From Camelus dromedarius (lineage: Eukaryota): DNA of 64,000 nt. Shown here piece after piece: positions 10,538 to 27,826 of the stretch. The translations under genes were made by a program, and so were the position numbers. Every line of letters begins with the position of its first letter. Within the stretch, counting starts at the first letter, position 1. The notes below the pieces were generated by a model that had not been told where the DNA came from, made no database searches, and saw only the letters and a program-made list of their open reading frames with translations. The DNA lies in contig NC_087447.1 of assembly GCF_036321535.1 (NCBI RefSeq), positions 50,842,001-50,906,000 of the forward strand. The letters are read 5' to 3'.

Positions 10538-12599
10538 GTGAGGCCCTGGCTGGGAGGGGGAGCGGGAGGGGGGCCCCGCCCAGGGCCTACGTCGCCCGGC
10601 CTGTTGGGAGCCTTGGGAGCCACAGGGTTACAAAGCCCCAAGATGCACGCAGACCCGGGCCCCTCGGGGTTGCTCTGGTCCCAAACTCCCAGCGTAAACT
10701 TGGCCCCCTCACCCCACCTGCCCCTGGGTGGGGCGGGAAGGTTTGCATCTGGAAAATAGGAGGTGGGCCGGCCAGCGTCTAGGAAAGCAGTGAGTGAGGG
10801 GCTCTGTAGAAGTTTGTGCACTGGCTGACCCGATAGCAGAAGGACAGGGGCGCGTGGGCCCCTCTACCAGGGAAGGTTAGCAACTGGACACTTCCTTGCT
10901 CACAGGTGCCCCTGGCAAATCAGTTGGACCATCTTTCCCACCTGTGAAAATGGGGCTAATAACCAGTGTCCCAGAGTGATTATCAGGATAAGTGAGGGGG
11001 GAAAACGTCCTGAAACAGACTCCTTTTCATTCCATAAACAGGGGCTGAGCCCCAGGCCCTGCCCCAGAGGAGGAAAGAGGCATAAAAGGCTAAGGCCCTG
11101 TGGGGAGTTAACACTGCTCTGATACTGGGCTCATGCCTGGGAGGGAAGGCGGATGGACACCAAGGATGTCTTCCGTTTGTACTCCTCTCTCATCTTCACA
11201 AGCACTGAGTCCCTTGCATTTTAAGGCTGGTGAACCCCAAGGTCCAGAGAGACTGAAAAACTTACCCCAAATCACACAGCATTAGTTGTAGAACTGGGCT
11301 GGAACTTGCCCCAGGTTACACAGCCATCTTGAGGCAGGTGTCCCATCACAAATGGGATTTTTGATTCCAGGTGAGGTCCCTAGTGGGGTGCCCCTCACAG
11401 TAGGGTGTTAGGAATGGGGCCAGATGCAGTCATGGGCTGCCTGGAATCTGGCCATGGGGATGGGAAGAGCTGGTAGGGTCAGACCTGGCCCAATGTCCCT
11501 TTCCTCTCTTCCCTCTTCCTGCCCCTCAAAAAAGTGTCATGTTCTTTTACATCTTCCTTGCTCCTCTCCTTCCCTCACCCAGCCAGGGACTCTTAACCCT
11601 CCCTGTTCTTGGTCCAGGCTCTGCCTTGCAGATGCTCACAGTCTCATCAGTTACCAATTTGATGAGGGACTGTGGCCAAGTTCCTTTCTCTCTTTGGACC
11701 TCAGTTTACTCATCTGTAAAATGAGGACTCTTACAACCCAGCTGCCTTCTGATGCCCCAAGGACTTTCCTGGGGACCATGGGAACTGTCCCCCTCAGAAG
11801 TTCTCAGGCTCTAGACTCCTCCCTGAAGCTATCACTTTAGCCTCTTTTCTCAGGTTCTGACTGAGAGCAAAGAAAATTAAGTCACTGCCCTCCTGGTGAG
11901 AGTCATCAGCTCCCAGTGTTCTAGTCACTTCTGTTTGCTGTGCTGCCCTCAGTTGAAGCTTTCAGCTTGCCTTTTGGGCCTGTGAACCGTCCACGGCCAG
12001 GGACCCTATCAGTGCTTCCTGTTCTGCTCACAGAGCTCGGTTCAGGGCTGGGCCCAGGGGATGTCAGGAGAGAGCACTGGATTTGGAGTTTGAGCTTCGT
12101 TCCTGGCTCTACCACAAAACGCCTGTGTGGCCTTGGGCATGTTTCTTGTGGGAGATGAAGTAGAGCTAGAATCCCCTGCCTAAGCAACGTGGTCATGAGG
12201 TTCAAGGAGATAGTTAATTACAGGGAAGCACCTACCTGGCCTGCTGCGGGGGTCTCGAGTTAGCAGAGAGCAGCGTCCTGGTACCACTGCGTGCCAGGGC
12301 TGGCCCCCAGCAATCAGGCAGTCTCTCTCACACGCACTCTGTCACATACTCCCTCTTACACACTCACACACATGCTCACCTACACACTCTCTCACATGTA
12401 TGCTCACACTCTCTCACTGAGAGAAAAACTGTTTCTCTGTGCTTGTTCTGGGGAATCACAGATGGAAGACTCAGACCAAGACCCACCCACAAAGGGCTGC
12501 AGGCACATGGGGGATGGACGCAGAGGGTGGTGACCCAGCGTGGTGCTGGCTGTAAGGGGCAAGCCTGGGTCCCCGAGCCCTGAGAAATGCCTGCCTTCT

Positions 12600-12900
12600 C
12601 TACACAGCAGCTGGAGTGAAGTTCTAAAAATGTAAATCCATCATGCCATTCTTCTGTTTAAAACCTTCCCGTGGCTTCTAGTCATACTTCAAAGCAAGTC
12701 CTTCTGCCCCTGGCTTGCAGGGCGCTGTGTGACCTGGTGCTGCCCACATCCTTCAAGGCCCTCCCTCATCTCACTCCAATCTGGGCCTGCCCTTAGTAGA
12801 CACTCTGCTTTCCCGTCTCCTCACTGCTCTAGTCCCAGAGTCTAGAATGAACCCGGCCCATGGTGGGCTCCCCAAAAACATGTACTGAATGAATGAATGA
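12600..12900 (+). mobile_element. L2 3' fragment
   Basis: L2-like text (ctgtttaaaaccttccc) ending in (TGAA)n. Confidence 0.6.
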
Positions 12901-13687
12901 ACTCTTCAGGGGTTGGGGAGGAGGAGGAGGAAGGTGGGGCAGTGGGGAGGGTCCAGAGAAGAGTTGCTATTTGCTCTGGGTCTGGACAGATGGGGTGGGG
13001 GTCCACTCAGTGGAAAGGTGGGGTGGGATGGGGGGCAGGTGGAGCTGAACAGCCAGAGCAGGGGTAGGTCAGATGGTCCATGGGCTGGACTTCGAGAGGG
13101 TGAGGAGTGTGGCAGGAAGCACAGCTTGGACCTGGGACTAAAGCAGTCCTGAGGATTAAATGGAAGCAGCCGTGCAGCCTGGGCACACAGTAGGTGCTCA
13201 GCAAACATGTGAGTTCTCCTCTGTTCCCAAGGTGCTCCAGTTTTTCTTACTTCTTCTGGGAGAAACCTTGGGTTTGAAGCTAGACTGTTTCTGACATTGG
13301 CTAACCTCCCATGACATGGAGGCCCACGATGGCCACTGTGGCTGAAAATGGTTGGTTCCGAGGGGAACAGGAGGCTGAAACAGTGATGAGTCAGCCTCGG
13401 GACTCGCTTCTTTAGGACAAGCGGGAAGTGGTTTGGGTGCCCCCAGTGTTTCTGCCTAAACCTCAGTGGGTTTGCTGTATGAGTGTGCGGTGTAGAGCCT
13501 TGGGGAGAGCTGGGCTTGGACAGGCCTGCATTTGAAGTTGCCCAATTGCGTGGTCTGGGCTCTTGATCTCTGGGCCTCCGCTTACTTATTTGTGAATTGG
13601 GGACAGTAGTGGCTGCCATAGAGGAGGGATTGATGACACTGCATAAGTGCCCAGCCCAGGGCGTGGCACCATGGCTTCCACAAGTGA

Positions 13688-13999
<312 letters not shown>

Positions 14000-14269
14000 T
14001 GACCTGAGGCAGGGCCAGGCACTGACCTGTCTCAAGAGGATAGAGGCAGTGCCCAGGCCCCTACTTCTGCTTCTCAGAACCCCCTTCTTCCATGGAGTTT
14101 TCCCCATGACCCTGGTAAGACAGAACCTCCCCTTCTGCCCCAGGCTCCCTGTTCTATTTCCACAAGCACTTCAGTCCATTCTGTTTAGTATTAGAGATGT
14201 GTGTCTGTGTGGGCATGTGGGTGTGTATGGAGGGGGACGTGGGGGCCCAGGCTGGGAGCTCCTCAGGCA

Positions 14270-14460
14270 CAGGGGTGCTTCAGGGTCAGACAGACTGAAT
14301 TCAAATTCCATCCTGCCCACTTACTGGCTATGCAGCCTTGGCCAAATCTCTTTCCCTTCTGAACCTCAGTTTCCCCTTCTGTCGATTGGGGATAATAATA
14401 ACTATCTCATAGGGTTATTGACCTATATGTGAGGTCACACGTAGAGAATTCTTCAGTAAA
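14270..14460 (+). mobile_element. MIR SINE
   Basis: MIR core ttcaaattcc...ccacttact...ccttggcc...cctcagtttcc...ggggataataata. Confidence 0.75.
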
Positions 14461-17400
14461 GTGAGAGTTAGTCTGAAAATGCCCAGTCTAACAGATTAAC
14501 CCTTTATCTCTGTGGCCCTGAAGGAAGGGGACATAAGAATTGTAAGCTTGATAGGTAGTGAGAGTAGAACCTTGGGGAGGGAAGGAAAGGTCTGAAGTCA
14601 GGTCTTGCTTTAGAGAAGATGGGTGGCCCAAATGAGAGCCCAGAGGGGGAAGCTTGGGAACTCGGGACAAGTGTGCGCATGTGTCGCACATGTGTATGTG
14701 GTGGGGGCGGGGCAGTTGTAGATGTGGTGCAGAGAACAGGGCTGCAGCTTAGTGGGGCCATAAGGGATCCAGGGAGATTCAGTTCCACCATAATTTGGGT
14801 TGTGCTGTGGCTGGCGCTATGACCAGCACTGGGGGCAAAGAGACAAGACTGAGTCTCTGTCTTAGCCTCCTAGTTTGATGGAGATGAAAGAGGGTGCAAT
14901 GAACTTGGAGCAGAAGGCTCTGTTGGAGGCTCAGGACCCTGGGGACCTAGTACTGGACATGGAGGAGGCTGAGCTTCTTCCATTATCCCTGCAGCCCCCA
15001 GGGACACCTCCCCTGGGGTTTGCAAAGCCCTTTGACCCAAGTTCCATCTCTGAGTCCTTCAGTGTCTGTGAGAGGCAGGGAGGACAGCCACTGTTACCCC
15101 AGTGGGAAACTGGAGCCTAGAGAGGGACCCCCAGGACTCACAGCTAGTGCGTGATGGTGCTGGGATCAGGATCCAGGGCCTCTGGCCTCTGCACATGCAT
15201 TTCCTCTCCCAACATCTCAGTGGCAGCTCTGGGGCTCAGGTTCTGTCAACCACACTTTTGCCCCCTGGGCTTTAGAACCAGAGTGGCAGCAATGTCATTC
15301 TGGAGGCTCCAGTTCTAGGGCCCTCCAGGAAGCCCCTGTGAGGTTGCAGCCGCAGAAGAGGGGCAGCACAAACAGGCCCATGAACCAGCCTGGAGTCCCC
15401 AGGGTGGGGCCCAGGGACTCTGCCTGCAGGCTTGAGTTTCACCTGGGTTGTGTTGCATGGCAGATGGTGTCCTGTAACTATGTCACTGGATCCCAGAGGT
15501 CCCCTCCCACTCGTCCCCACCAAGTCCCTGAGAATGGGGGCTACAGGTGGGGAGGGACATAGCTGGCTGTCTGAGAGCAGGTTAGTGGGGCTGGGTTTAC
15601 TTCAGCGGCACTGGTCCCTGGGGGCTTCTGTCCTCTTTCACCAGGCTTCTCCACTCCCACTCCCTCCACACCTCAGCTCTCCAGGCCATCATCTTTGACC
15701 ACTCTGTCTTCCTACAGATTCCCTCAACTTGAGAGCAGGGACCAGGTGAGTCAGGTCTGGTTCCCTACAGCACACCAAAGGGTCTCCCTAGAGAAGTTTC
15801 TCCATGGACTTGCTGAATAAATGAATGAAAGATTATGGTTTCAGTCTCCACTGGAATCCTAATGCTCTGTCTTTGTCCAAGCCATTCTCATTGCTGGATG
15901 CACCCATTCTTCCCTTCTTCCACAGGGCTCGTGGTCCCTGCCTCTCCAAGCTCAGCACCATGTCCGCTTTTTCCTAAATGTGTCCCCAGGTCCTGGAATT
16001 GGCCATGTTCTCTCTCTCTTTCTCTCTCTCTCTCACCGGCATGCCTTCAGGGCCAGGCCTCAGTTCCTGCCCTGGTTATACTTTGGTCTGTGCCATAAGT
16101 TTCTGTGGACATTGACCTGAGGGGTGCAGACCTCAGCTGAGTGACCTTCCATGCAGGGAAGGGGTGGGGAGAGGTGCAGCTCTGCTGTTTAACTGAGCAC
16201 ACCACTTTACCTCTTGAATGTGACTCCTCATTGTAAAATGGGGTTGGTAATTCCGCAATGCCATCTTGTGAGGAACAAATGAGAACATACATCTTTTTTG
16301 CAACAAAAACTAGAAAGCATAAGAGTGATAATACCCAGCACTGGTGGAACAATTACCAGGTACCAGGGCTTTTTAGATCTGGCAGGAGTAAAACAAAGGT
16401 TGGCCATTATTGAATCAATTAACCCTCCCAACATCCCCAAGAAAATGGGACTGTTATTCTCATTTCCATTTCATAGATGAGGTCGTAGAGGTTCAGGGAA
16501 GCAAAGTGACGGGCACAGGGATGTGGGTCTTGCAGTGGCTGAGCCACCTCTTAGCCCTATGCTGAAGTGTCATGGGGAAGAATTATGGGACCAGAGATTG
16601 GGGTCGAGTGGGGAAGGCAGATGGCCTGCCCAGGTGGCCTCTCACTCTCGCCCATGCCAGGGCCTAGGACCAATTGAGAGTAGGGACCAGGCAGAGGAAA
16701 TTTTCCAACTGGATCAGCTTTTATCAAGAAGGATGCCTGGGAGAGAGGAATGTTCCACCTGGGATTGGAAAGTCCAGGCAGATTCTTTAATTTCATCACC
16801 CAGCCCGTTCATGTCAGGGCTGTGTGAGGGCCTGACCTGGAATGAAATGCCCTGGCCCAGGAGTGCCTCGAAATGCCAGGGAAACTGGAACCGTGGGCAG
16901 TGGCTGGCCCTGTTCCCGATCCCTCTGAGGGCCTTAGTCCTCTGAGCCTGTTTACTCAAGTAAAGTGAGGGGGCTGGATAGGGGACTTCTGGAGTCCTAA
17001 TCCATGACTAGACCTCTGCTTTTAATTCAAACCTGGTTCCCAGTAGTCACCAGCAAGCCGTCTGTCTCATCAGCCGTCTGCCACGTCATTTGTGCCTGGT
17101 CCCTGTATGAAGCTCTGTGGACCAGGGGTATAGTGGGCATGGAACCTGGCCTCCAGACTTGGGGCAAATTGAGGGGGTGGGGTGTTCAGGGACAGAACTG
17201 CATTCAGATAGTGGCAACCCAGTGTGACCACTGCCTCTCAGTGGGAGACCCCGGCAATGTGGGAGCCCAGCCTGGGGAACCAGTCAGTTTCCTGCCTGTT
17301 CCTGAGGCTCCCAGGGTTCTGGCATTGGGAAAGGGGAGGGGGCCCCAGAGGGCATTGGAGGCTTGACTCAGGCTGTAGCCACACCCCAGAGCACAGGAGA

Positions 17401-17778
17401 GATTCTCACTTTCCTGAGAGGCTGGGACTGTGAGTAGAGCGTGCTGGAGGCCACCTAGGGAGGAGAGACTTCCAGGGGCCAGAGGAAACCAGGGCTTTGC
17501 AAGCTTGTTGAATGAACCAGTGCTATTGCCCAGATGTGCAACCATCTGCCACCCTGGTATTTCCCTGCAGCAGGATATATTGCACTGTCTGAATAACTTT
17601 TTGTGCACTTGGTTACTGGAACCTGGATTTGAAGCCAAGTCTGTCTAACTCTGATGATGACACTTTTCACTCTATCATGTAAAGTGACTAGATGGACTAA
17701 TCCCCTTTATGACAACCACAGGTAGGGCCAAAATCCCTGCCATGCCCACCTCTTGGGTCTGCAGAGAGAGTCCCCTAA

Positions 17779-18618
<840 letters not shown>

Positions 18619-21600
18619 TGAGGGTTGTCCCTGAGGAAGCACAGCAAGGAGCTCTCAGGCCAGGGGTCCATCCCCTCAAAAGCCCTGGAATTGTGGCCCC
18701 TCAGCTGCCAGGGAGACCCTCCGCCAGCCTCCCCACTCTGGGTCCCTTGCGGCTTCGGGCTCCCAAGAGGGGGCTGTGCTCGGTCCCTTGACATACATCA
18801 ACTGCTTGGAGGCTTTCTCGGAGAGCCCCTTAGCCCTGACAAAGCCCCTCTTGCTCAGAGGTTTGTGGTCAGGTAACCAGAAGTTCCCCGGCTTGGATGG
18901 CCTATGGGCCTAAGATTCTGGGTGTGCTGATCTGGGAAGCTTTGCTCCAGAATTGCAGGGTTCAAGGGGGTTTCCTTGACTTACTGACCCTCTGCTTCTG
19001 TGACTGGGTGGCTGAGTTGGGATTAGAGCAGGCCTTTGAAGAAGCAGCCAGGCCATTGTCTCACCCAGAAACCATAGCTGTCCCTAACCATGGCAACCTC
19101 TGGTCACTTCATGGCTTGGGTTACCCTGGGCACAGCCCCACACACCCAGGATTTCCTCAGATTACCACGGCCACTCACAGCCATGGGCCCAGAGGACACT
19201 CTGTCCCTGACTGTCTGCCCTGGGCTTGCCTGCTCCAGCTGGCCTGCCCCCAGGAGCCTGAGGGACAGCACCCCAGAGCTGTAAGTCAGCCCCCGACACC
19301 CTAAGTGGGGCAGAGCCCTCAGAGGACACCTAGCAAGCCCTCAGTGGGTGGTCCCATAGGCCAGGCATCCCTGGGTCTTGCAGGGAGCAGGCGGCAGGGC
19401 TGATGCTGAACGGAGGCTGGAGCCCTGGTCTGGCAGCTGAGGGGCCTGGATCCAGGTCTTTGCAGGTGATCTTTGGCAAGTCCCTACCCCTGTCTGTTCC
19501 CAGCCTTCCCTTTGGCACAAAGGGGTGGGTACTTCTGTGACAGTGGGAAGGTGTATGTGTCCAGGATGTGTGTCTTGGTCTCCATGGCCTGCTAAGGGAG
19601 AGGCCTGTGCTAGCAGACCTGGGAGCTTCCTGAAGGAGGTGGACTCCCCACATCTCCTAGGGTGTGTCTGTGGCCCAAGAGAGGCTCCCTGATCTCCACC
19701 TGGGCACTTGGGGGCCCCCAGGAACCTGTGTGCTATGACTTTGGCTTGGGAATAATCCTTATCTCTTCCCTACCCCAGCCCCTGGCCCCACAGGGCAGGT
19801 TTTATTACTGGAGACTTGTACAAGAAGCCTGTGCAGGGCACTTGGACATTAACCCTCTGCTGACCATGAACCCTTGGAGAGTCAGGGCTGGAGGTGCTCA
19901 GGGAGCAGAGCCTCAGGGGATGGATGGGCACTGGGGCCCAGAGGGAGGCAGGACAGGCCTGAGTCTCATTGTCAGCAGTCGCCAAGCCCCTCACTTCTTT
20001 CACTTGCCCCACTGCCAGCTCTACAGTTTTGCAGGTGAATTCCTGGGATTTGGGGGAGCCTAGGTGTGGAGGTGAAAGCTGGGGCTCGGTGCCAGGGTCC
20101 CTCCTTCATCCCACTCCCCACTTATCTGCTCTATGACCTTGGCAAGTCCTGCCCCTTCTCGGAGGCTCAGTTCTCCCATCTGAAAAGGGGTGTCATGACC
20201 ACACCTCCCTGTGGCTTTCTGAGCAACGCCAAGAGCAATGGCCTGGCAGCTGTGAAGTCCTGCACCCGAGGAATCCTTCTGGCAGTTGGTGTGTCCTTGT
20301 CTTTCTGCTGGGGAAGGTCCCCTCACCAAAGGAAGAGGCCTCATTTTTATTATTTAGTTTGAAATGGGTGTTTGTGTTACAGATTGGAAAGTATTCCTTC
20401 TGCCACAGTGACAACCACTACTACTAATTTCTCATCTATCTTTCAAGAGAAAGAATATATGTAAACATATATGCAATATAAAACAAAAATATAAAATGTA
20501 TATCGTATGTTTTATGTGATATAAATTATATATAATTTTTATTCTTTTCTCCACAAATGGTAGCATTGCTTCCCCACTGTTCTGTGGTTTTCCCACTAGC
20601 CAGAGCCCCAGGCCATCCATCCTGTCAGCGTAGGCAGGGCTGCCTCAGTGTTACTGACAGGCCTATCCCCTCGGCTCCCTTCCTTGTTTCCTGTGGGGCA
20701 CCGGTTCATTTCTTCTCCATCTGTTCATTGAGTCACTCTTTTGTTCACTCACCAAACATCTGCTGAACATGTCCTACGTGCTGTGCACAGTGCGGGGCCT
20801 CAGGTAGAGAGGAGAGCGAGACTGGGAGCCCAAGGCCCTGAACCACAATTATGGCCAAGTGAAAGGGGCCGCGCAGGCCGTGATGGGTCACCCAGGAGGG
20901 GGCCCCTCTTCCTGCACAGGGGGCAGTCATCTCTGTTTAGACCTGAAGGATGAGCAGACATTAGCTGGGTGAGGGGGCAGAGGATGGAGTGTGGTGCTTT
21001 TACCTGAAGGTTTAATATGGAGGGAGCCTCTGGCTGTGGGATGCAGCTGGCAAGGGCCAGGGCTCGGGGGTCTTGTGGGCAGGGAAAGGATATGGACTTT
21101 GATCTGAGGCCCTGGGGAACTGCCTGAGGGTTTTCAGCAGAGGGATGACACAATCAGATTTTTAAAAAGCTGACCTTGGTTCCCTGGAGAGGACAGACTG
21201 TAGGGGGCAGTGTGGAAGCCAGGAGCCCGGTGAAGAGGCACCTGGCCAGGGAGGTGGTTGTGCCCATGGAGAGACGTGGGTTGCTGTGAAGGAGTGAGGG
21301 GCATCCCTGGATCCTGCCCTGGTGAAGGACGGTGGTGGCACTGTTTGCAAGCCAGGAGGCAGAGGAGGGGCAGGGTTTGAGGGGAGAGTGGGCTGCGGGC
21401 TGGACAGGCTGGTGGACATCAAAGGGGGACATCATTGGGGGATGTCTAGGAGGCTGAGGTGCCTAGTGCTAGGTAGAGAGGGCCAAGGAAGCTGTGAGTG
21501 GGAGAAGGGGGTCCAGGCCAGGCCGCTGGAAGGCATCTCAGGGTGTCTCAGTATGCCCTTTGCCCTCTCTGGCACTGCCCTTGCCCTGTTCCTGGTCATT

Positions 21601-23562
21601 GAGCCTGTCCTCAGGGCCACCTCTATCTGACTCTTGACTTCTCTGTTGACTGGTTCATTTGGTCTGAAATAGTGTTTCTGTCTCCAGCCTCTGTAGCTGC
21701 TATTCATCCTCCCAGCTGCCAGGGCGACTTTTCTCAGCAGTCCTCCCAAATGTCATGCCCTTTCACGCCCCTGTGCTTGATTCCCACTGAGAAGCCCTCC
21801 ACTCCCCTCTTCCACACCCCCACCTCGAGGAATCTGTGTGCCTGGTCTGAGCACCCACAACCCTGGGTTTTCCCTCCCCGGCACCCAGAGTGAGGCTGTC
21901 AGTCTCCCCGTGTGCCTCAGTGAAGGGTTCTTGAATGACTGAGTGGAACGAGCCTCACGTCACATGGTGATCACAGGCTAGGTGGCTGAGCATCACATTG
22001 TTAAGGAAGTATTCAGAAGCAGGGAAGGTGGCACTTATGCACAGCCACTCTGTACCAGGCACCTGTCAAAGGTTATGTCCTTTGGTCTTTGCAGTAGCCC
22101 TGGGAGGTGAGTGTTAACCATCCCCCTTTTACAGATGAGCAAGCTGAGGCTTAGAGAAGTGACGTGATCTGCTGAAGGGATGTTCTTTGTGGCTATCTCT
22201 CCTGCCCGGGGACCAGAGTCTAGCTAGTTCCCACCACTTGGCAGGGCTGAGCTGTAGGGGACCGTGGCTGAGGCATCTCGGGGCTAGAGGTTGGTAGGTG
22301 CTGTTCTGAGAATTTAGCCCAGCCCTGGGCTTTGTGGGATGTTGCTGCTAGAGAAGGCCCTTACCTCCCCACCCCCACTGATCAGTTGCCTTTTCTCCCC
22401 GCTTTCCAACCTCAGACCAGCTGTGGAGGGCGAGTGAGTGCAGCACAGAGCGGGCCCCAGATCTCGGCATGTGCTTGGCCGGGCAGCTCCCCTCTAGCCT
22501 CCTTCCCTGTCCCACCCTGTCTCTCCCGGCTTGGGCTCTGGCACATGGTCAGCATGATGAGGCTCAGCTGCCTCTGGTGTGGGCTGTTAGGAGGAAGAGC
22601 CCTGGTGGGAGAGGGGAGTCCTCCACGGCCCACAGGGTGGGGTCTGGCAGGACTGAAGCCTGGGTCTGGGGCGCTCAGCCAAGGGCAGCTTTGCGTGGCC
22701 ATACCTGGCCCCAGGGTGGGCACCTCCCCTGGCATGCGGTGTGGGTAGCAGTGCTTTCTCTGCACGGCCACCTTGGGCTGAGGCTGCTGGGGGGTGGTTG
22801 TGGCTCTGGTGTGAGGCGTCACCTCCCCTGCAAAGTTGCATCTTTCTTCAGCCCTTCCAGGCTCAGATGTCAGTAGATCTGTCACCAATTATGGGCTGAG
22901 GCTGACCTCTTCAAGTTGGGGTGGGGAGGGGTAGGGGAAGGGAGAAGTAGTCCGTCAGGGCCTCACTGTGTCCTGGTGGCAAGAGGGCCAGGCCCTGTTG
23001 TTCCTCGTGTGGCAGGGCCTGGGCCCACAGCAGGAAATTTTGCACACAGTTGCACTCATCGAGGAGCCCAAGGCGGGAAAAGGCCCCAGAAGGCTGAGAT
23101 GTGTCTGGCCGCTGTGTCCACACTGCCCGGAGTGGCTGGAGGCACTCTGTCCCCCAGAGCAAACGGCAGTGCTGTAGAGACCCGGGCCCACCCAGCCCCT
23201 CCAACTCTTTATGGCTTGATTCCACTCCCATCTCACCAACCCAGCCTCTGCTCTGGAAAGGCCCAGTTTGTACATTTCATTCCAAAAGTTTGAGATGCAG
23301 GGTTTGGAGGCAAAGGTGGGAGCAGCATTTGATATTTACCTAAAGTGTGCTCTGAATTCTAAAGTCCACCACTTTCTTTAACCTTCATAAAGAGTCATAC
23401 TATGACCATTTTACAGATAAAGGTAAGGAAACCAAGGCTTAGAGATCCTCTTTCCCTCTCTCCCCACTTCCTCTTTCCCTTCATCCCATGTCACTGAGCT
23501 CCTATTCTGAGCCCAACTCAATGCTAGTCTGAAGGTTCCACCCTCAGCTCAGAGGAAGGTAG

Positions 23563-23946
<384 letters not shown>

Positions 23947-24356
23947 TAATGGCTCATGATGTGGAGAATCACCTCCCCTTTCCCAGGCCCTATATCTCTC
24001 TTAATGCTACCAAAGCTCATGTTAGCTTTTGGGGTTGTTTACTGCTGCCTCCTAAAGTTACACTCAGTTGAAATCTCAGATGCCTGTGCTCTCCTGGGCA
24101 GAGGGTTAAAGGACAAAACATTGATTGAGCATCTAGAACATAACATGTTCTGTGGGAGTATGGATGGGGGTGTGTGTCTGAATGAAGGGGAGGGAAAGTA
24201 ACCTTTGGCTGTGGCAGGGCACTGAGCACCTTTCGCTTTCCCTAGCCCTGGAAGGTCCTTAGTGTCAGCCCATTTTATAGATGCGGAGCTGGTCAGAGGT
24301 GGGGGAGCAGTTTAGGGCTGTAACAGCTCCTGCCTCTCCCTGGGTCTCCCCTGCAG

Positions 24357-24823
<467 letters not shown>

Positions 24824-24880
24824 TGAAATCCCACCAGGAGACCCACCCACCGGGGCTTTTTCATGAAAGGCCTTTGTTAA

Positions 24881-25294
<414 letters not shown>

Positions 25295-26200
25295 TAAATG
25301 TGTATAGACGTCCTGGACCCAGGGACGCATAGACACACACACGCCCACATGTACACGCACCCGGACCTGCGTGCACAGGTGTGCTGAGTTCCTTCAGTCT
25401 TTGAAGATGTTCAGACTGGGACCTCTGCAGGGCCCCCAGGATTGCAGTGCACTGGCTGCTGCGGCTTTAGCCTCAGAGGCTCGCTGGTTGCAGGGCCCTG
25501 GTGCCAGCCTCTTGCTTCCGTCTGGTCACCAAGGAAAAGTGGGCCCGGGACCATTGCTGCCACTCAGCACCAGTGGGAGGCCATGCATACAGCAGGCTGG
25601 CTTGGGAGCATCAGCTTCCCTAGTGCTGAGGGAAGCCCATGCCTGGTTGTCTGGACCTGAACTGGGCCAGCCACGTGGATGCAAGAGTGGGCTGTGGCAC
25701 CTGAGGGATGTGGGCAACAAATATACGTGTGTGTGTGTATGTGTGTTATAGGTGTGACAGGCCTTCCTGGACACTTCCTTTAGCTGGCTGACACACCTGG
25801 ACACACACACACACACAGGTCTTGTAGGCACACACAGTGGGGCAGACCCCAGTTGATGCCCCACCTGTCTGCAGTTAACCCCTTGTCCTTCCATACCTCC
25901 TTCCAACACTCCTTCTTGAACACCTGGTGAGGGGTTCCAGTCTCTAAGGTGGGTGAACAGCTCCTCTCACTTATGGAAGAAGGGGCATTCAGGCTCCCCA
26001 GATGTAGGTGTGTTCTTGAGAAGCCCAGCCAGGAGCTTTCTAGACATAAGTGAAGTCAGTGCCCAGAGCCCCAGGCTGGCCTGGCCAGGCAGAGTGGGCC
26101 CCTCAGCCCAGGCACTTCCTCTCTCGGGGTACCTCTGTCCTCCCTGACACCCTTCAGAGCCTCACTCTCCCACCCCCACTCTCCCACCCCTTCTCCCCAG

Positions 26201-26354
26201 GGTAACTGCATAACCTGTGAGGGCCGCGAGGACAGCCAGGAGTACGCCAACATCCGCTCGGCCATGAAGGTGCTCATGTTCACTGACACCGAGAACTGGG
26301 AGATCTCAAAGCTCCTGGCCGCCATCCTGCACCTGGGCAACCTGCAGTATGAGG
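26201..26354 (+). CDS. MYO7A: Exon 9 (GNCITCEGR...LGNLQYE)
   Basis: AG/GT flanked, 154 nt. Confidence 0.97.
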
Positions 26355-27055
26355 GTGAGTCACTGAGCAGCCTCCTCAAAAGAGAAGGAAAGCTAGAGAA
26401 GGAAGTGTGTTTTAGTCACTCATCTACCACTCCCTGGGCACCGACAGTGTGCCAGGCTGGGAGGTGTCCTCTGAGGCAGGCACCAAGTCCACTCTGCTCT
26501 TGCCCCTGGTGCCCAGCCCAGTCCTGGGACAGAGTAAGAGCTCTAGGAAGCTTTACTCAGTGAACGAATGAATGATCCCAGCTTGAAGATGCTCACAGTC
26601 TAGTGAGTCTTGAAAGACTAAACGACGTGGAGAAAGGGTGCACCGGACAGAAGGAAGAGCCTATGCAAAGGTCCTAAGGCCTGAGAGAGCAGGGTACTTT
26701 TGGGGAGAAGCAGGTGGTATCAGGCACTGAGCTATGCAAGTTTACCAAGCCTGTCTCAGGAGCCACTGATTGCTCTGGGAGTCTGGAGTGGGGGTTGGGG
26801 TGAGGGGCATGACTCCCAGTGTCTGCTACTTGGATGTCAGGCATGGAGCCAGGTGCTGGGTGTACATGGTTCCTACCCTCATGGTGCCCATGGTGCCCTC
26901 ACCATACGTGGCATGGCGAGAACACTTATCAGACACCCATAAAAGCATTTAGTCATGATGCTGATGCCCTCTGTGGACAGGGCAGTCCCCCAGGAGTGGC
27001 CGCCTCATCCGCCTAGACGGCCCCTTTACCCCCATGCCCACCCTTCCTTGCCTGA

Positions 27056-27271
<216 letters not shown>

Positions 27272-27706
27272 TGAGAACCTGCTGGGCACAGGTCCCAGAG
27301 GAGGAGTGGGCCCGGAGCCTGGGAGCCTCACTGCCTGTCCCAGATCAGCTGTCCCGGGGATGGCATAGGGCACTGGGGGGCCCTTAGTGGGTCAGTCTTT
27401 TAGCAAATCTTTATTAGCTCTGCCCTGAGTTGGAAAACTGGGATAAATAAAGCCAGAGTCAGAGACAGTCCTGGGATGGACGTGACATGCTGGGGGGATA
27501 GGAGGGGCCTGTCGAGGAGAAAGCAATTCCTTCCTTTTGATAACTGGGGAGGATTTGGCCATAGCGCCATGGGGAAGGGCATTCCCAGTGGAGGGAACAG
27601 TCTGATCAAGGCCTAGTTGGAAAGTGGGGGGATGGTTTCTGGGTGTGGTGGAGAGAGGGGTGGGTCGGCAGGTGGTGGGGTGAGCCTTTGGATGTCACTC
27701 CACCAG

Positions 27707-27826
27707 GTGAACCCCCAGGACTTGATGAATTGCCTGACTAGCCGCACCATCATCACCCGTGGGGAGACGGTGTCCACCCCACTCAGCAGGGAGCAGGCAC
27801 TGGACGTGCGAGACGCCTTTGTCAAG
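27707..27826 (+). CDS. MYO7A: Exon 11 (VNPQDLM...DAFVK)
   Basis: AG/GT flanked, 120 nt. Confidence 0.97.

Larger units (their letters stand above)
10090..10860. promoter_or_regulatory. Intronic CpG island, putative alternative promoter
   Basis: Abrupt high density of CG dinucleotides and GC boxes against CpG-poor flanks; surrounds the alternative exon. Boundaries approximate. Confidence 0.85.

Noticed and set aside
12906..13619. 237-aa minus-strand ORF and other long antisense ORFs (9103-9723, 54406-55008)
   Set aside because: Low-complexity Pro/Ser/Gly translations expected from GC-rich DNA; no recognisable domain or splice logic.
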